Source of the DNA: Spirochaetota bacterium
GTDB lineage: Bacteria > Spirochaetota > UBA12135 > COTS27 > CBDBHE01
Length of the DNA stretch: 64,000 nt
Direction: 5' to 3'
Assembly (NCBI GenBank): GCA_965205605.1
Contig: CBDBHE010000007.1
Coordinates: forward strand, 393,977-457,976
The notes below the pieces were generated by a model. It did no database searches. It was not told the origin of the DNA and saw only the letters and a program-made list of their open reading frames with translations. Position numbers and translations under genes: made by a program. Each line of letters starts with the position of its first letter. The stretch's first letter is position 1. Positions 50,620 to 59,348 of this stretch are shown here, in pieces.

Positions 50620-50671
50620 CATGCCAATTAGTTGGTCATTTTTATAAGTAAAGAAAATTAAAATAAATAAT

Positions 50672-51949
50672 TCATTGATTTCTAGTGTCGATAACGCGTT
50701 TAGCCTTACCTTCTGTGCGTTTGAGTGAGAATGGTTTGAAAAGGGTAAGTTTTGGAGAAATGTTTAAGGTGTTTTTTAAAGCAGATGAAATTTCTTTTTG
50801 AATGGTTTTATAATTGGTTTTATTGTGATGAGCGACTTCGGCTTTAATTTCCATTTCATCGAGAAAGTTAGATTGCTTTAAGTGAATTTCGTAATGGGGC
50901 ATAAGACGCTGATCTTTTAATAAAACACTTTCTATTTGAGAAGGGTAAATATTAATCCCTTTGACAATGAGCATGTCATCACTTCTACCCCTAATACGAT
51001 CAATGCGTGTGTACAAAGACCCACACGAACACCTTTGAGGTAAAAGACGAGAAATGTCTCTTGTTCGATAGCGCAAGAGTGGAAACGCTTCTTTATGGAG
51101 AGAAGTAAAGACAAGCTCTCCCCACTCTCCTTGAGGGAGAATTTTTAAAGTTTTGGGGTCAATAACTTCAACTAAAAAAGCATCTTCGCTGACATGGAGG
51201 CCTTTTTGAGCTTGGCACTCATACGCAACTCCCGGACCTATCAGTTCGCTTAAACCATAATTATCATAAGCGGGGGCTTTAAAAAAATCTTGAATTTTTT
51301 CTCTCATTGCTTCACTCCAAGTCTCTGCCCCACACAAAACTCGTTTAACTGAAAAATTTTTTGCTGTTAATCCCAATTCTTTCGCTTTGTCACAAAGGTA
51401 AATCAAATAAGAAGGCGTCCCAAGTAATGTCGTTGCTTTAAAATCTTTCATTAACTTTAGCTGCCTTTCGCTTTGACCACTTGAAACCGGTACCACACAA
51501 GCTCCCAAATCTGTGGCTCCTTGATGAAATCCAAGCCCCCCTGTAAAAAGACCATACTGAAAAAGAATATGCACCACGTCATTTTTCCCAACACCCACTT
51601 CTTTCATAAGACGTGCTGTTAGTTCTTGCCAAAGCATTAAATCTCTTTTAGTGTAACCGACAACCAAAGGATCCGCTGTACTACCGCTAGTGGCATGAAG
51701 GCGAATAATTTTCTCTAAAGAAACATTAAAAAAACTAAAAGGATAACTTTTTACAAGATCTGCTTTAGTTGTAAAGGGAAGCTCTCTTAGATCAACTAAA
51801 GATTTAATGGTTTTCAGATTAACGTCTTTAAGATGTTTGAAATAAAAAGACTTACTTTTTTTTAATGCTAAAAGAAGGTTAAAAAAAATTTGTTTTTGAT
51901 AGGTTTGTAAATCTTCTTTTTCTGTAAATGGGATCTGATTTAAAATCAT
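50672..51949 (-). CDS. Phenylacetate-CoA ligase (PaaK)-family adenylate-forming enzyme
   Basis: PaaK-like core (LHATSGST..., FQYGLFTGGLGFHQGA, YDNYGLSE, CSCGSLYTRIDRIRGRSDDMLIVKGINIYPSQIE). Confidence 0.8.
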   Translation of the reverse strand: MILNQIPFTEKEDLQTYQKQIFFNLLLALKKSKSFYFKHLKDVNLKTIKSLVDLRELPFTTKADLVKSYPFSFFNVSLEKIIRLHATSGSTADPLVVGYTKRDLMLWQELTARLMKEVGVGKNDVVHILFQYGLFTGGLGFHQGATDLGACVVPVSSGQSERQLKLMKDFKATTLLGTPSYLIYLCDKAKELGLTAKNFSVKRVLCGAETWSEAMREKIQDFFKAPAYDNYGLSELIGPGVAYECQAQKGLHVSEDAFLVEVIDPKTLKILPQGEWGELVFTSLHKEAFPLLRYRTRDISRLLPQRCSCGSLYTRIDRIRGRSDDMLIVKGINIYPSQIESVLLKDQRLMPHYEIHLKQSNFLDEMEIKAEVAHHNKTNYKTIQKEISSALKNTLNISPKLTLFKPFSLKRTEGKAKRVIDTRNQ

Positions 51950-51956
51950 AAATAGC

Positions 51957-52697
51957 TTATTTTTTTAAAAAAAAATTTTCTTCAAATCCATTTAAAATTC
52001 CTTCTTTAATCTTTATTTTTTCTTTTTTATTTAAGGCTGACTGTTTACAAAAAACAAGACTGCCATTTTGAAAGATATAAATATGATGGGTCCAATTTAA
52101 AAGATTAAAATAATCTTGTTCAACGAGCAAAATACCAAGACCTTCTCTTAAGAGCTGTTGAATAATCCTTTCAATCATTTTTTGAAACTTAGGAGAAAGA
52201 CCTGTCATTGGCTCATCTAAAATCAAAAGCTTAGGAGAGGTCATTAAAGCTCTTCCTATGGCTAAAATTTGTTGCTGACCTCCTGAAAGATTGCCAGCGA
52301 GTTGATTTTTTTTGTCATAAAGCAGAGGAAATAAATGATAAACAAAATCAAAATTACGTGCTCTTTTCTTCCTATCAAAGTAAAACACGTAAGAACCTAA
52401 AAACAAATTATCTAAAACACTAAGGTTAGAAAAAATTTCTTTACTTTCTGGTACAAAACTAATTCCCTTTATAATAAGGTCTCTTGGAGTACTTCCCAAA
52501 ATATTTTTTTTATTAAACACAAGGAAGCCTTTAATTTGGTTTTCATTAAGATGGCCTGTAATTGTTTTTAAAAGCGTTGTTTTCCCTGCTCCATTATTGC
52601 CCAAAATAGAAACCATCTCCCCTTTTTTGACCCTAAGAGAGATTTTTTTAAGTGCCACAAAAGCACCATATCTGACATCAACTAAAAGATCCAACAC
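51957..52697 (-). CDS. livF: ABC transporter ATP-binding protein (LivF-type)
   Basis: Walker A GNNGAGKTT, signature LSGGQQQ, Walker B ILDEP. Confidence 0.85.
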   Translation of the reverse strand: MLDLLVDVRYGAFVALKKISLRVKKGEMVSILGNNGAGKTTLLKTITGHLNENQIKGFLVFNKKNILGSTPRDLIIKGISFVPESKEIFSNLSVLDNLFLGSYVFYFDRKKRARNFDFVYHLFPLLYDKKNQLAGNLSGGQQQILAIGRALMTSPKLLILDEPMTGLSPKFQKMIERIIQQLLREGLGILLVEQDYFNLLNWTHHIYIFQNGSLVFCKQSALNKKEKIKIKEGILNGFEENFFLKK

Positions 52698-52699
52698 AC

Positions 52700-53449
52700 T
52701 TAAACTCCCAAATACAAATCCATCACTTCTTTTCTTTTAAAAATAGTTTTAGGGCTTTCTTTTAATAATACCCTTCCTTCATAAAGAAAAATCGCTTGAT
52801 CACAAAGTCTTTTAATAAAGTTGACATCATGGTCAATTAAAACAATCCCCATATATTTTGTTTTTTTAATTTTCAAGAGCATCTTAAGAAAATTTTTTTT
52901 TTCTTCCACATCCATTCCCGCTCCGACTTCATCTAAAAGTAAAAATTTAGGTGAATTCATAAGCGCTCGAGCCACCTCTACTTTTTTTTTTTCTCCAAAA
53001 GATAAAGTAGACACATGTTTATTTTTTAATGAATCCAATTGTAATGAAGAAAGGATATTTTTTGCTTTTAAAAAAAGATTTTTTTCTTCTTGTTTAAATT
53101 TTTTTGTTCTTAAAAAAGCTGAAAAAACTCCATAATTCACACTCAATTGACCCCCAAATAAAACGTTGTCTAAAATAGAAAAATGATCAACAAGCTTAGG
53201 AGTCTGAAAAGTCCTGCTTATGCCTTTGCGTGCAATTTGATGCTGTTTTTTTGGTAGCTTTTTATTTTCAAGCCAAATCTTCCCAAAAGAATAATCACAA
53301 AGTCCTGTTATCACATTAAACAAAGTTGTCTTTCCAACTCCATTGGGACCAATAATAGCGGTTATTTTTTCATGCTCAAAAGTAACGTTCAAGTTTTTTA
53401 AAACATGGTTGCCCCCATAAGAACAATGAATATTTTCAATGCGTAACAT
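52700..53449 (-). CDS. livG: ABC transporter ATP-binding protein (LivG-type)
   Basis: GPNGVGKTT, LSFGEKKKVEVARAL, LLLDE. Confidence 0.85.
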   Translation of the reverse strand: MLRIENIHCSYGGNHVLKNLNVTFEHEKITAIIGPNGVGKTTLFNVITGLCDYSFGKIWLENKKLPKKQHQIARKGISRTFQTPKLVDHFSILDNVLFGGQLSVNYGVFSAFLRTKKFKQEEKNLFLKAKNILSSLQLDSLKNKHVSTLSFGEKKKVEVARALMNSPKFLLLDEVGAGMDVEEKKNFLKMLLKIKKTKYMGIVLIDHDVNFIKRLCDQAIFLYEGRVLLKESPKTIFKRKEVMDLYLGV

Positions 53450-54380
53450 AAAATTTTCTTAAAATTGTTTTCTTAAAATCAAACAGATATTTTTTTAAAT
53501 GATAAGGAGAAATTTTAAAAAATAAAAGAATAAAAAAGCTATAAAACAATAATTCAAAATCTTCAAAAGTTCTCAAAAGTTCGGGTAATATGGTAAAAAA
53601 AGCACACGCCAAAACACCTCTATAAATAGAGGTCATCCCTCCAAGCACAACACAAACAATAAAAAAAATAGAACTTTTTAAATCAAAATCCTCCGGCCCC
53701 ACATACCCTAAAAATCCTGCTTGCAAACCACCCGATATCGTTGCTAATAAACAAGCCATAACAAAAAAAACGACTTGATACCCATACGCATTAATCCCTA
53801 AAGATTGTGCTAGCATTTTATTTTCACCAATGACAATTAGATTTCGGCCATAACGACTTTTTAAAAAACGTTCATAGCTCCAAACAATGCATAAAACCAA
53901 AACCCAAGTAAAGTAAAAAATTATAACCGGACTAATCAGTTTAAAAGAAAACAACGTCACCTTAGGAATATCTCCTATCCCTTCCGAACCTCCTAAAAAA
54001 TCACTCCCCCGAAGAAGATGTTGCATGATTTCCCCAAAGCCTAAAGTAATCATTGTAAAGTAATAGCCACTTAGTTTTAAAGTTGGTAGTCCTATGAAAA
54101 TTGAAACCAAAGCCCCTACTACAAAAGTCAAACAAAACGCATCGATAAAAGAAAACCCAAAGCGAATTTGTAAAATCGTCACCCCATAAGCCCCTATGGC
54201 AATAAAAGCCCCATGGCCTAAAGAAACTAAAGCTGCCCTACCTACTAAAATAAAAAGCCCTATTAAAGCAATTGATCTTAAACCCGCAAGCGTGAGCACA
54301 CTCAGATAATAATCATTAGAAATCACCAAAGGAAAAATAAAAAAAAACCCTATTAATAGATATTTTAAAAAAAATTTCAA
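53436..54380 (-). CDS. livM: Branched-chain amino acid ABC transporter permease (LivM-type)
   Basis: Multi-TM permease in Liv operon context. Confidence 0.8.
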   Translation of the reverse strand: MKFFLKYLLIGFFFIFPLVISNDYYLSVLTLAGLRSIALIGLFILVGRAALVSLGHGAFIAIGAYGVTILQIRFGFSFIDAFCLTFVVGALVSIFIGLPTLKLSGYYFTMITLGFGEIMQHLLRGSDFLGGSEGIGDIPKVTLFSFKLISPVIIFYFTWVLVLCIVWSYERFLKSRYGRNLIVIGENKMLAQSLGINAYGYQVVFFVMACLLATISGGLQAGFLGYVGPEDFDLKSSIFFIVCVVLGGMTSIYRGVLACAFFTILPELLRTFEDFELLFYSFFILLFFKISPYHLKKYLFDFKKTILRKFYVTH

Positions 54381-54411
54381 AACAATTACCCTTTCTCAGT
54401 TGCCCTTTCTT

Positions 54412-55299
54412 TTACGAAAATCGAGCAACTTTTCCTTTAAAAATACCAGAAGGAAAGAAAAAAAGACAAAAAATTAAAATTAAAATAGATATCATATCTT
54501 TATACGAGGAATCAATTAACCCAACACTCCCCGATTCCAAAACCCCTATAAAAAGCCCTCCAAAAATAGCTCCTGGAAAACTACCAAGCCCCCCTATAAT
54601 CGCTGCGGCAAACCCTTTAACACTTAGCGACACTCCCATTTGATAATCTACTAGCGCCAAAGGGGCCATAAACGCTCCTATCAAAGCTGACATCATCGCT
54701 GAAATAACAAAAGCAATCACGATCATTTTATTAACTCCAATCCCCATTATTTTAGCTCCTTCTTTATTATCAAAAAGTGCCAAAAAACTTTTACCAAATA
54801 ACGTTTGATGAAAAAAAACCCAAAGACTACTTCCCAAAATCAATAGTAAGCCCCAAATAAAAATAAACTGCTCATTAATTCCCAGTCCTTTAATTTCAAA
54901 AAAATTCCCTTGTAAAAAATTAGGTAAGGTGTAAATACCCTTGCCCCAAACTAAAATAGCAACTCCTTTAATCATAATCGAAAGACCAATTGTAAGCATT
55001 ACTTTTTGAAAAACAGATGTCTCTTCTTCTCGCCTTTGCCCTCTCAAAATAAAAGTACAAACTAAAAATCCCACCAAGCCACAAACTATCATCCCTAAGA
55101 AGATGCCCCAAACTAAAGAATGCGTCCACTGATAAAAACTAATTGTTGAAAGCGCCCCTAGCATAACAAACTCTCCTTGAGCAAAGTTGATGATGCCTGT
55201 AGCGTTGTAAATAATATTAAAACTTAAGCCAACTAAGGCATAAAGAGAACCAATAGCAAGACCTGTGAGTAAGTATTGAAATAGATCAGATAAATACAA
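54412..55299 (-). CDS. livH: Branched-chain amino acid ABC transporter permease (LivH-type)
   Basis: Multi-TM permease in Liv operon context. Confidence 0.8.
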   Translation of the reverse strand: MYLSDLFQYLLTGLAIGSLYALVGLSFNIIYNATGIINFAQGEFVMLGALSTISFYQWTHSLVWGIFLGMIVCGLVGFLVCTFILRGQRREEETSVFQKVMLTIGLSIMIKGVAILVWGKGIYTLPNFLQGNFFEIKGLGINEQFIFIWGLLLILGSSLWVFFHQTLFGKSFLALFDNKEGAKIMGIGVNKMIVIAFVISAMMSALIGAFMAPLALVDYQMGVSLSVKGFAAAIIGGLGSFPGAIFGGLFIGVLESGSVGLIDSSYKDMISILILIFCLFFFPSGIFKGKVARFS

Positions 55300-55308
55300 A
55301 TATTTTTT

Positions 55309-56460
55309 CTAATGATTAATTTTAAATTGTTGATCTTTTATCACAATCATTTCAAAAGCATGTTCATTAAGACCACTGTGATCTTTTTTGGAAAAATTAA
55401 AAATACCCCCAGTGCCAATAAAAGACTTTGTTTGTTCTAAAGTATCTCTTACTTGTTTTCGGGTAGTGGCTCCTTTTTTAAGCGCCCGAACAAATAAAGA
55501 AAAAGCATCATACGCATGTCCGCCAAAAGTAGAAACTTTTTCCCCATATTCACTTTCATACAAATCTCGATAAGATTTTAAAACCTCAAACTGAGCATGA
55601 GAAGCCCCTAAGTGATCGACAATTAAAAGACGTCCACCAGGTAATAAAATACCTTCTGCAGAAGAACCACTAGAATGAATATACTTTATATTAGCATACC
55701 CATGACTTTGATAAAGAGGAATATCAATACCAAGAGTTTTCATATTTTTAGAAACAATTGATTGAGCGGGAACAATAGACCAATTAATAATGGTATGTGG
55801 ATTAGATCTTCTAATTTTAGTGAGCTGAGCGGTCATATCAATATCGGTTGGTAAGTAGGTCTCATCAGCAACTAAATTCAACCCATATTGTTTGATTAAA
55901 GTTTTTAAATGCCGGCGACCATCTTCTCCAAAGTCGGTTTTGCCTGAGAGAATGGCAATCTTGTTATATTTTTTTTTTTGATGATCTTTTAAAATTTTTT
56001 TGGCAGCATCAATTGATTTTGGAGCAACTGTAAAAACCCACTTTTTTGTTTGACCGGTCTGTTTGTTTTTAATAATACCTTCAGCAGATGCACAAGAGAT
56101 CATTGCAATTTCATTCTCTGCTGCCACAACAGACATCGCAATACTAGTCCCACTTCGAGAGCCACCAATAATGCCCAAAACATGCTCCTTGGCCACTAAT
56201 TTTTTAATCGCATTAATTGCTTTGGTCGGAATCCCTTCTGAGTTTTCAATTAAAATTTTAATCCTTTTTCCTTTAATCCCCCCCTCTTCATTGATTTTCT
56301 TTTCCAACAACCGAAGTGTCTTTTTCTCTGGTGTCCCAAGCCAAGCTGCAGGACCACTTATCGATAAAACAGCTCCTAAATAAAAAATTTCTTTTTTAGC
56401 AGATTGACAAGAGATAAAAAAAAATAAAATAAATACGTATTTTAAATAAGACAATGGCAT
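55309..56460 (-). CDS. livK: Periplasmic substrate-binding protein (LivK/LivJ family, type I PBP)
   Basis: Signal peptide plus Leu/Ile/Val-BP-family fold. First gene of the operon. Confidence 0.8.
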   Translation of the reverse strand: MPLSYLKYVFILFFFISCQSAKKEIFYLGAVLSISGPAAWLGTPEKKTLRLLEKKINEEGGIKGKRIKILIENSEGIPTKAINAIKKLVAKEHVLGIIGGSRSGTSIAMSVVAAENEIAMISCASAEGIIKNKQTGQTKKWVFTVAPKSIDAAKKILKDHQKKKYNKIAILSGKTDFGEDGRRHLKTLIKQYGLNLVADETYLPTDIDMTAQLTKIRRSNPHTIINWSIVPAQSIVSKNMKTLGIDIPLYQSHGYANIKYIHSSGSSAEGILLPGGRLLIVDHLGASHAQFEVLKSYRDLYESEYGEKVSTFGGHAYDAFSLFVRALKKGATTRKQVRDTLEQTKSFIGTGGIFNFSKKDHSGLNEHAFEMIVIKDQQFKINH

Positions 56461-56553
56461 AAGATTTCCTTTAAAATTCTCTTTTTATTTTTTGAAAAAA
56501 TTAATTTCAACATTGTATAATGAAAATTTAAAAAATTTACCTTTTCAAATAAA

Positions 56554-57246
56554 ATGAGTTTCAATAACAATAAAAATAAAGTATTTAAATTTTTAAAAAA
56601 AAAACTTTATTATCTTATTACCCTATTAGCAATCTTAGTTTTAGAAGGCTACCTCTTATTAGTTTTTTTTCAAGATCAAGTCACTCACTTGTCAAAATCA
56701 ATTTATGTTGAAAAAAAAATTGAAAGCTATTTTAAAGAAATTAGCTCTTTTAATCATTGGAGCAATTGGTACCCTCCTTTAAAAAAAACTAAAAAAATTA
56801 CTTTTTTTGAACCATCTATTATCGGACAAGGGGGTTATTGGAAGTCTCAAGAAAAAAAAGAACTTCTTAAATTTACTCGAGTTTTAAGTAACCAATATAT
56901 TGAAATGTTGCACTTATTTCCAAAAATGAAAAACCAAGTTTGGGAATCACTTGCTTTCTCTAAAATTAAAGCAAATAAAATCACCTGGGAAGTCCACTAC
57001 CAGCACCCTCTTTCTTCAAAATGGCTTTTACAAACGAAGCAAGAGAAAAAACAACTTGAAAAATATCTCAATAGTTCTATCAACTCTCTTTCTACGATCA
57101 AAATAAAAGAAATCCCCCCCCCTCCCCCTTTGGAATCAAAAAAAACCAAAGTGGACTCAAAAAAGCCCAAAGTAAAAATTTCACCCCCCCTTCCAAAAAA
57201 AACCAATCAAAAAAAAACCAATCAAAAACCTTTTTTATTTTTTTAA
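56554..57246 (+). CDS. Hypothetical membrane-anchored protein with a Pro/Lys-rich C-terminus
   Basis: N-terminal TM (YYLITLLAILVLEGYLLLVFF), C-terminal IPPPPPLESKK...ISPPLPKKTNQKKTNQKP with the tandem KKTNQ duplication. Confidence 0.5.
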   Translation: MSFNNNKNKVFKFLKKKLYYLITLLAILVLEGYLLLVFFQDQVTHLSKSIYVEKKIESYFKEISSFNHWSNWYPPLKKTKKITFFEPSIIGQGGYWKSQEKKELLKFTRVLSNQYIEMLHLFPKMKNQVWESLAFSKIKANKITWEVHYQHPLSSKWLLQTKQEKKQLEKYLNSSINSLSTIKIKEIPPPPPLESKKTKVDSKKPKVKISPPLPKKTNQKKTNQKPFLFF

Positions 57247-57291
57247 TTTTTTTCTCCCTTTCAAAGCTTTTTTTCTCATAATAGTTTTATA

Positions 57292-58902
57292 TTGAAAGTT
57301 TTAATTGCCGAAGATAATCTTATTTCTCAAAAAATTCTCATTAGAAATTTAAAAAACCTTCAAATGAAACCCATTGTTCTCACTAATGGGATGAAAATTT
57401 ATGAAAAATATAAAGAAGATAAAGAAATTAATTTTCTAATTTTAAACTGGTATATTCCTTTTTTAGAAGGGCCTTTGCTTTGTGAAAAAATTCGCAAATT
57501 AAAAACTAAAAATCGTCTAAGACCTTATATTATTATACTCACTTCTTGTAACTCAAAAAAAGAACTCATTTACGGCCTTAAATCAGGAGCCGATGACTTT
57601 ATTAGCAAACCTTTTGACAAAGAAATTTTTCTTGTCAGAGTCAATGCAGGAAAAAAAATTATCGAAGCTCAACATGATCATAAAACAGCTATAAATAAGC
57701 TTCAAGGACAATGTCAAAGACAAATCGAAGATCTTAAATACGCTCAAATTCTTCAAAAAAATTTAAACACAATAAAACTCCCCTTACTTAAAACCATTGG
57801 AATTGAAAGCCTCTTTATGCCAAGTGATAAGCTTGCAGGTGATTTTTTTGCTATTCAAGTTAATCCTAAAGGACTTATTATTTTTATTGCTGACTATTCA
57901 GGTCATGGGATTAAAGTAGCAATGAGTGCTGCCATCTGTAAATCAGTCGCCGATCGTTATATGCATCTACTCCATCAAGGAAATATCGCTTCTTTTTTTT
58001 ACGTCTTTAACAATGACCTTGTCAAATACATTAGAGATTTAGGTGAGTTTTGCACTGTGTTTACTTGTTTTATTGATTTACAAACCGACTTAATGCATTA
58101 TTGCAATGCCAATCATCCTCTTCCTTTATTTTCAAGAAAAAAAAAATTATTAAAATATGAATCCACTCAAAATTTCTTTTTAGGATACGAAGAAAATACA
58201 AAATTTACGGTTAAAACCATTAAACTAACCCAAAATGATAAAATTCTCTTTTATTCAGATGCTGCTTGTGAAATCATTAAAGAGGATGCCATTGTTTTTG
58301 ATAAAAAAAAATTGGAAAAAACCTTTCTTTCTCTTATAAAAAAAAACTCTCCTAAGATATTAAAAGGACTTATAAAAAAATTAAAAAAAACAAATGGCTC
58401 TCTTCCTTTAACAGATGATTGTACACTTATTTTAATTCACAAAATGAACCCTTACAAAAAAACAAAAAGATACAACAAGTTTCAACAGCTTGACCCTGCC
58501 ATTAAAGAATTAAAATTAGAGCTCACCTCAAGAAATTACTCAGAAGATGAAATAGGAAAAATTATTACCTCCTATAATGAACTCTTCCTCAATGCTATCC
58601 AACACGGTAATCACTACGATCCTAATAAAAAAATCACTATCCAATACCATATCGATTTTCAACAATGCCTCCTCATCGTTACCGATGAAGGACCAGGCTT
58701 TGATCTCAATCAAGTAAAAGATCCAACCGACCCCAAAATGATAGAAAAATTAATCCAATTAGAAGACATTGAAAATCTTTCTCGCGGTAGAGGCATCTGG
58801 ATGATCAAAAAATACGCCACTTCTTTCTCCTTTAATAAAAAAGGAAATAAAGCCACCTTTCTTTTAAAAAGAAACGAAGATGAAACAAGCTTTCTATATT
58901 AA
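57292..58902 (+). CDS. Three-domain signalling protein: receiver (REC) - PP2C/SpoIIE phosphatase - HATPase_c (RsbW-like serine kinase)
   Basis: REC residues 1-125 (AEDN..., ILTS, SKPF). PP2C region GDFFAIQ...IADYSGHGIKVAMSAAI...FYSDAACEI. C-terminal NAIQHGN...LIVTDEGPGFD...GRGIWMIKKY GHKL ATPase motifs. Confidence 0.8.
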   Translation: MKVLIAEDNLISQKILIRNLKNLQMKPIVLTNGMKIYEKYKEDKEINFLILNWYIPFLEGPLLCEKIRKLKTKNRLRPYIIILTSCNSKKELIYGLKSGADDFISKPFDKEIFLVRVNAGKKIIEAQHDHKTAINKLQGQCQRQIEDLKYAQILQKNLNTIKLPLLKTIGIESLFMPSDKLAGDFFAIQVNPKGLIIFIADYSGHGIKVAMSAAICKSVADRYMHLLHQGNIASFFYVFNNDLVKYIRDLGEFCTVFTCFIDLQTDLMHYCNANHPLPLFSRKKKLLKYESTQNFFLGYEENTKFTVKTIKLTQNDKILFYSDAACEIIKEDAIVFDKKKLEKTFLSLIKKNSPKILKGLIKKLKKTNGSLPLTDDCTLILIHKMNPYKKTKRYNKFQQLDPAIKELKLELTSRNYSEDEIGKIITSYNELFLNAIQHGNHYDPNKKITIQYHIDFQQCLLIVTDEGPGFDLNQVKDPTDPKMIEKLIQLEDIENLSRGRGIWMIKKYATSFSFNKKGNKATFLLKRNEDETSFLY

Positions 58903-59234
58903 TTTAACTGAGTTTTAAGAAACAAGATCGCTTCTTGTAACTCTTTGGAGATTTGATTAAAATAAACCGTAATTTTTCCTTCATTTTTCTCTTTACAAAA
59001 ATCTGAAAAAGCACAACATGCTTTCAATAAATCTTTTTGATCAAAGTGACCAACCAATCCTTTAAGTTTGTGAGCTTCCATACTTAAACTATCAAAGTTT
59101 TTGTTTTTAATAAATTTTTCGATTAACTTTAAAGCATGCGTTGTTTCTACAATAAAATCATTTATAAGTTCGCGTAATAATTCCTTGTCATTGTCAATGT
59201 TTTCTAACAAAAAATTCAAATTCAAGCTTTTCAT
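58899..59234 (-). CDS. Hpt (histidine phosphotransfer) domain protein; start placed at the internal MKSLNL (the track ORF runs upstream through a poly-T tract)
   Basis: SMEAHKLKGLVGHF matches the Hpt phospho-His motif (aHklKGsag). About 111 aa, four-helix-bundle size. Convergent with, and overlapping by 4 nt, the REC-PP2C-HATPase gene. Confidence 0.6.
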   Translation of the reverse strand: MKSLNLNFLLENIDNDKELLRELINDFIVETTHALKLIEKFIKNKNFDSLSMEAHKLKGLVGHFDQKDLLKACCAFSDFCKEKNEGKITVYFNQISKELQEAILFLKTQLN

Positions 59235-59271
59235 TTCACTGACCAATATAATCTTATAATCCAATATTTTG

Positions 59272-59287
59272 AAAAAAAAAAAAAAAT
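59272..59287. repeat. A16/T16 homopolymeric tract in the divergent promoter region between the Hpt gene and the STAS gene
   Basis: Counted directly: gAAAAAAAAAAAAAAAAtta. Confidence 0.9.
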
Positions 59288-59348
59288 TAAACACTCTCAC
59301 TTTTTTATCTATAATTAGTATTAAGTAAAATAAGGACAATCTTTTATT

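Noticed and set aside
50400-50671. Sigma-54 (-24/-12) promoter upstream of amt-glnK
   Set aside because: TGGCAT is present on the amt strand, but there is no GC/TTGC element at the correct 10-bp spacing.
58899-59339. Full 146-aa track ORF as the Hpt protein
   Set aside because: The first 35 codons run through the T16 tract and an AT-rich leader (FNFFFFFK...). The internal ATG at 59234 gives a typical Hpt domain of about 111 aa.
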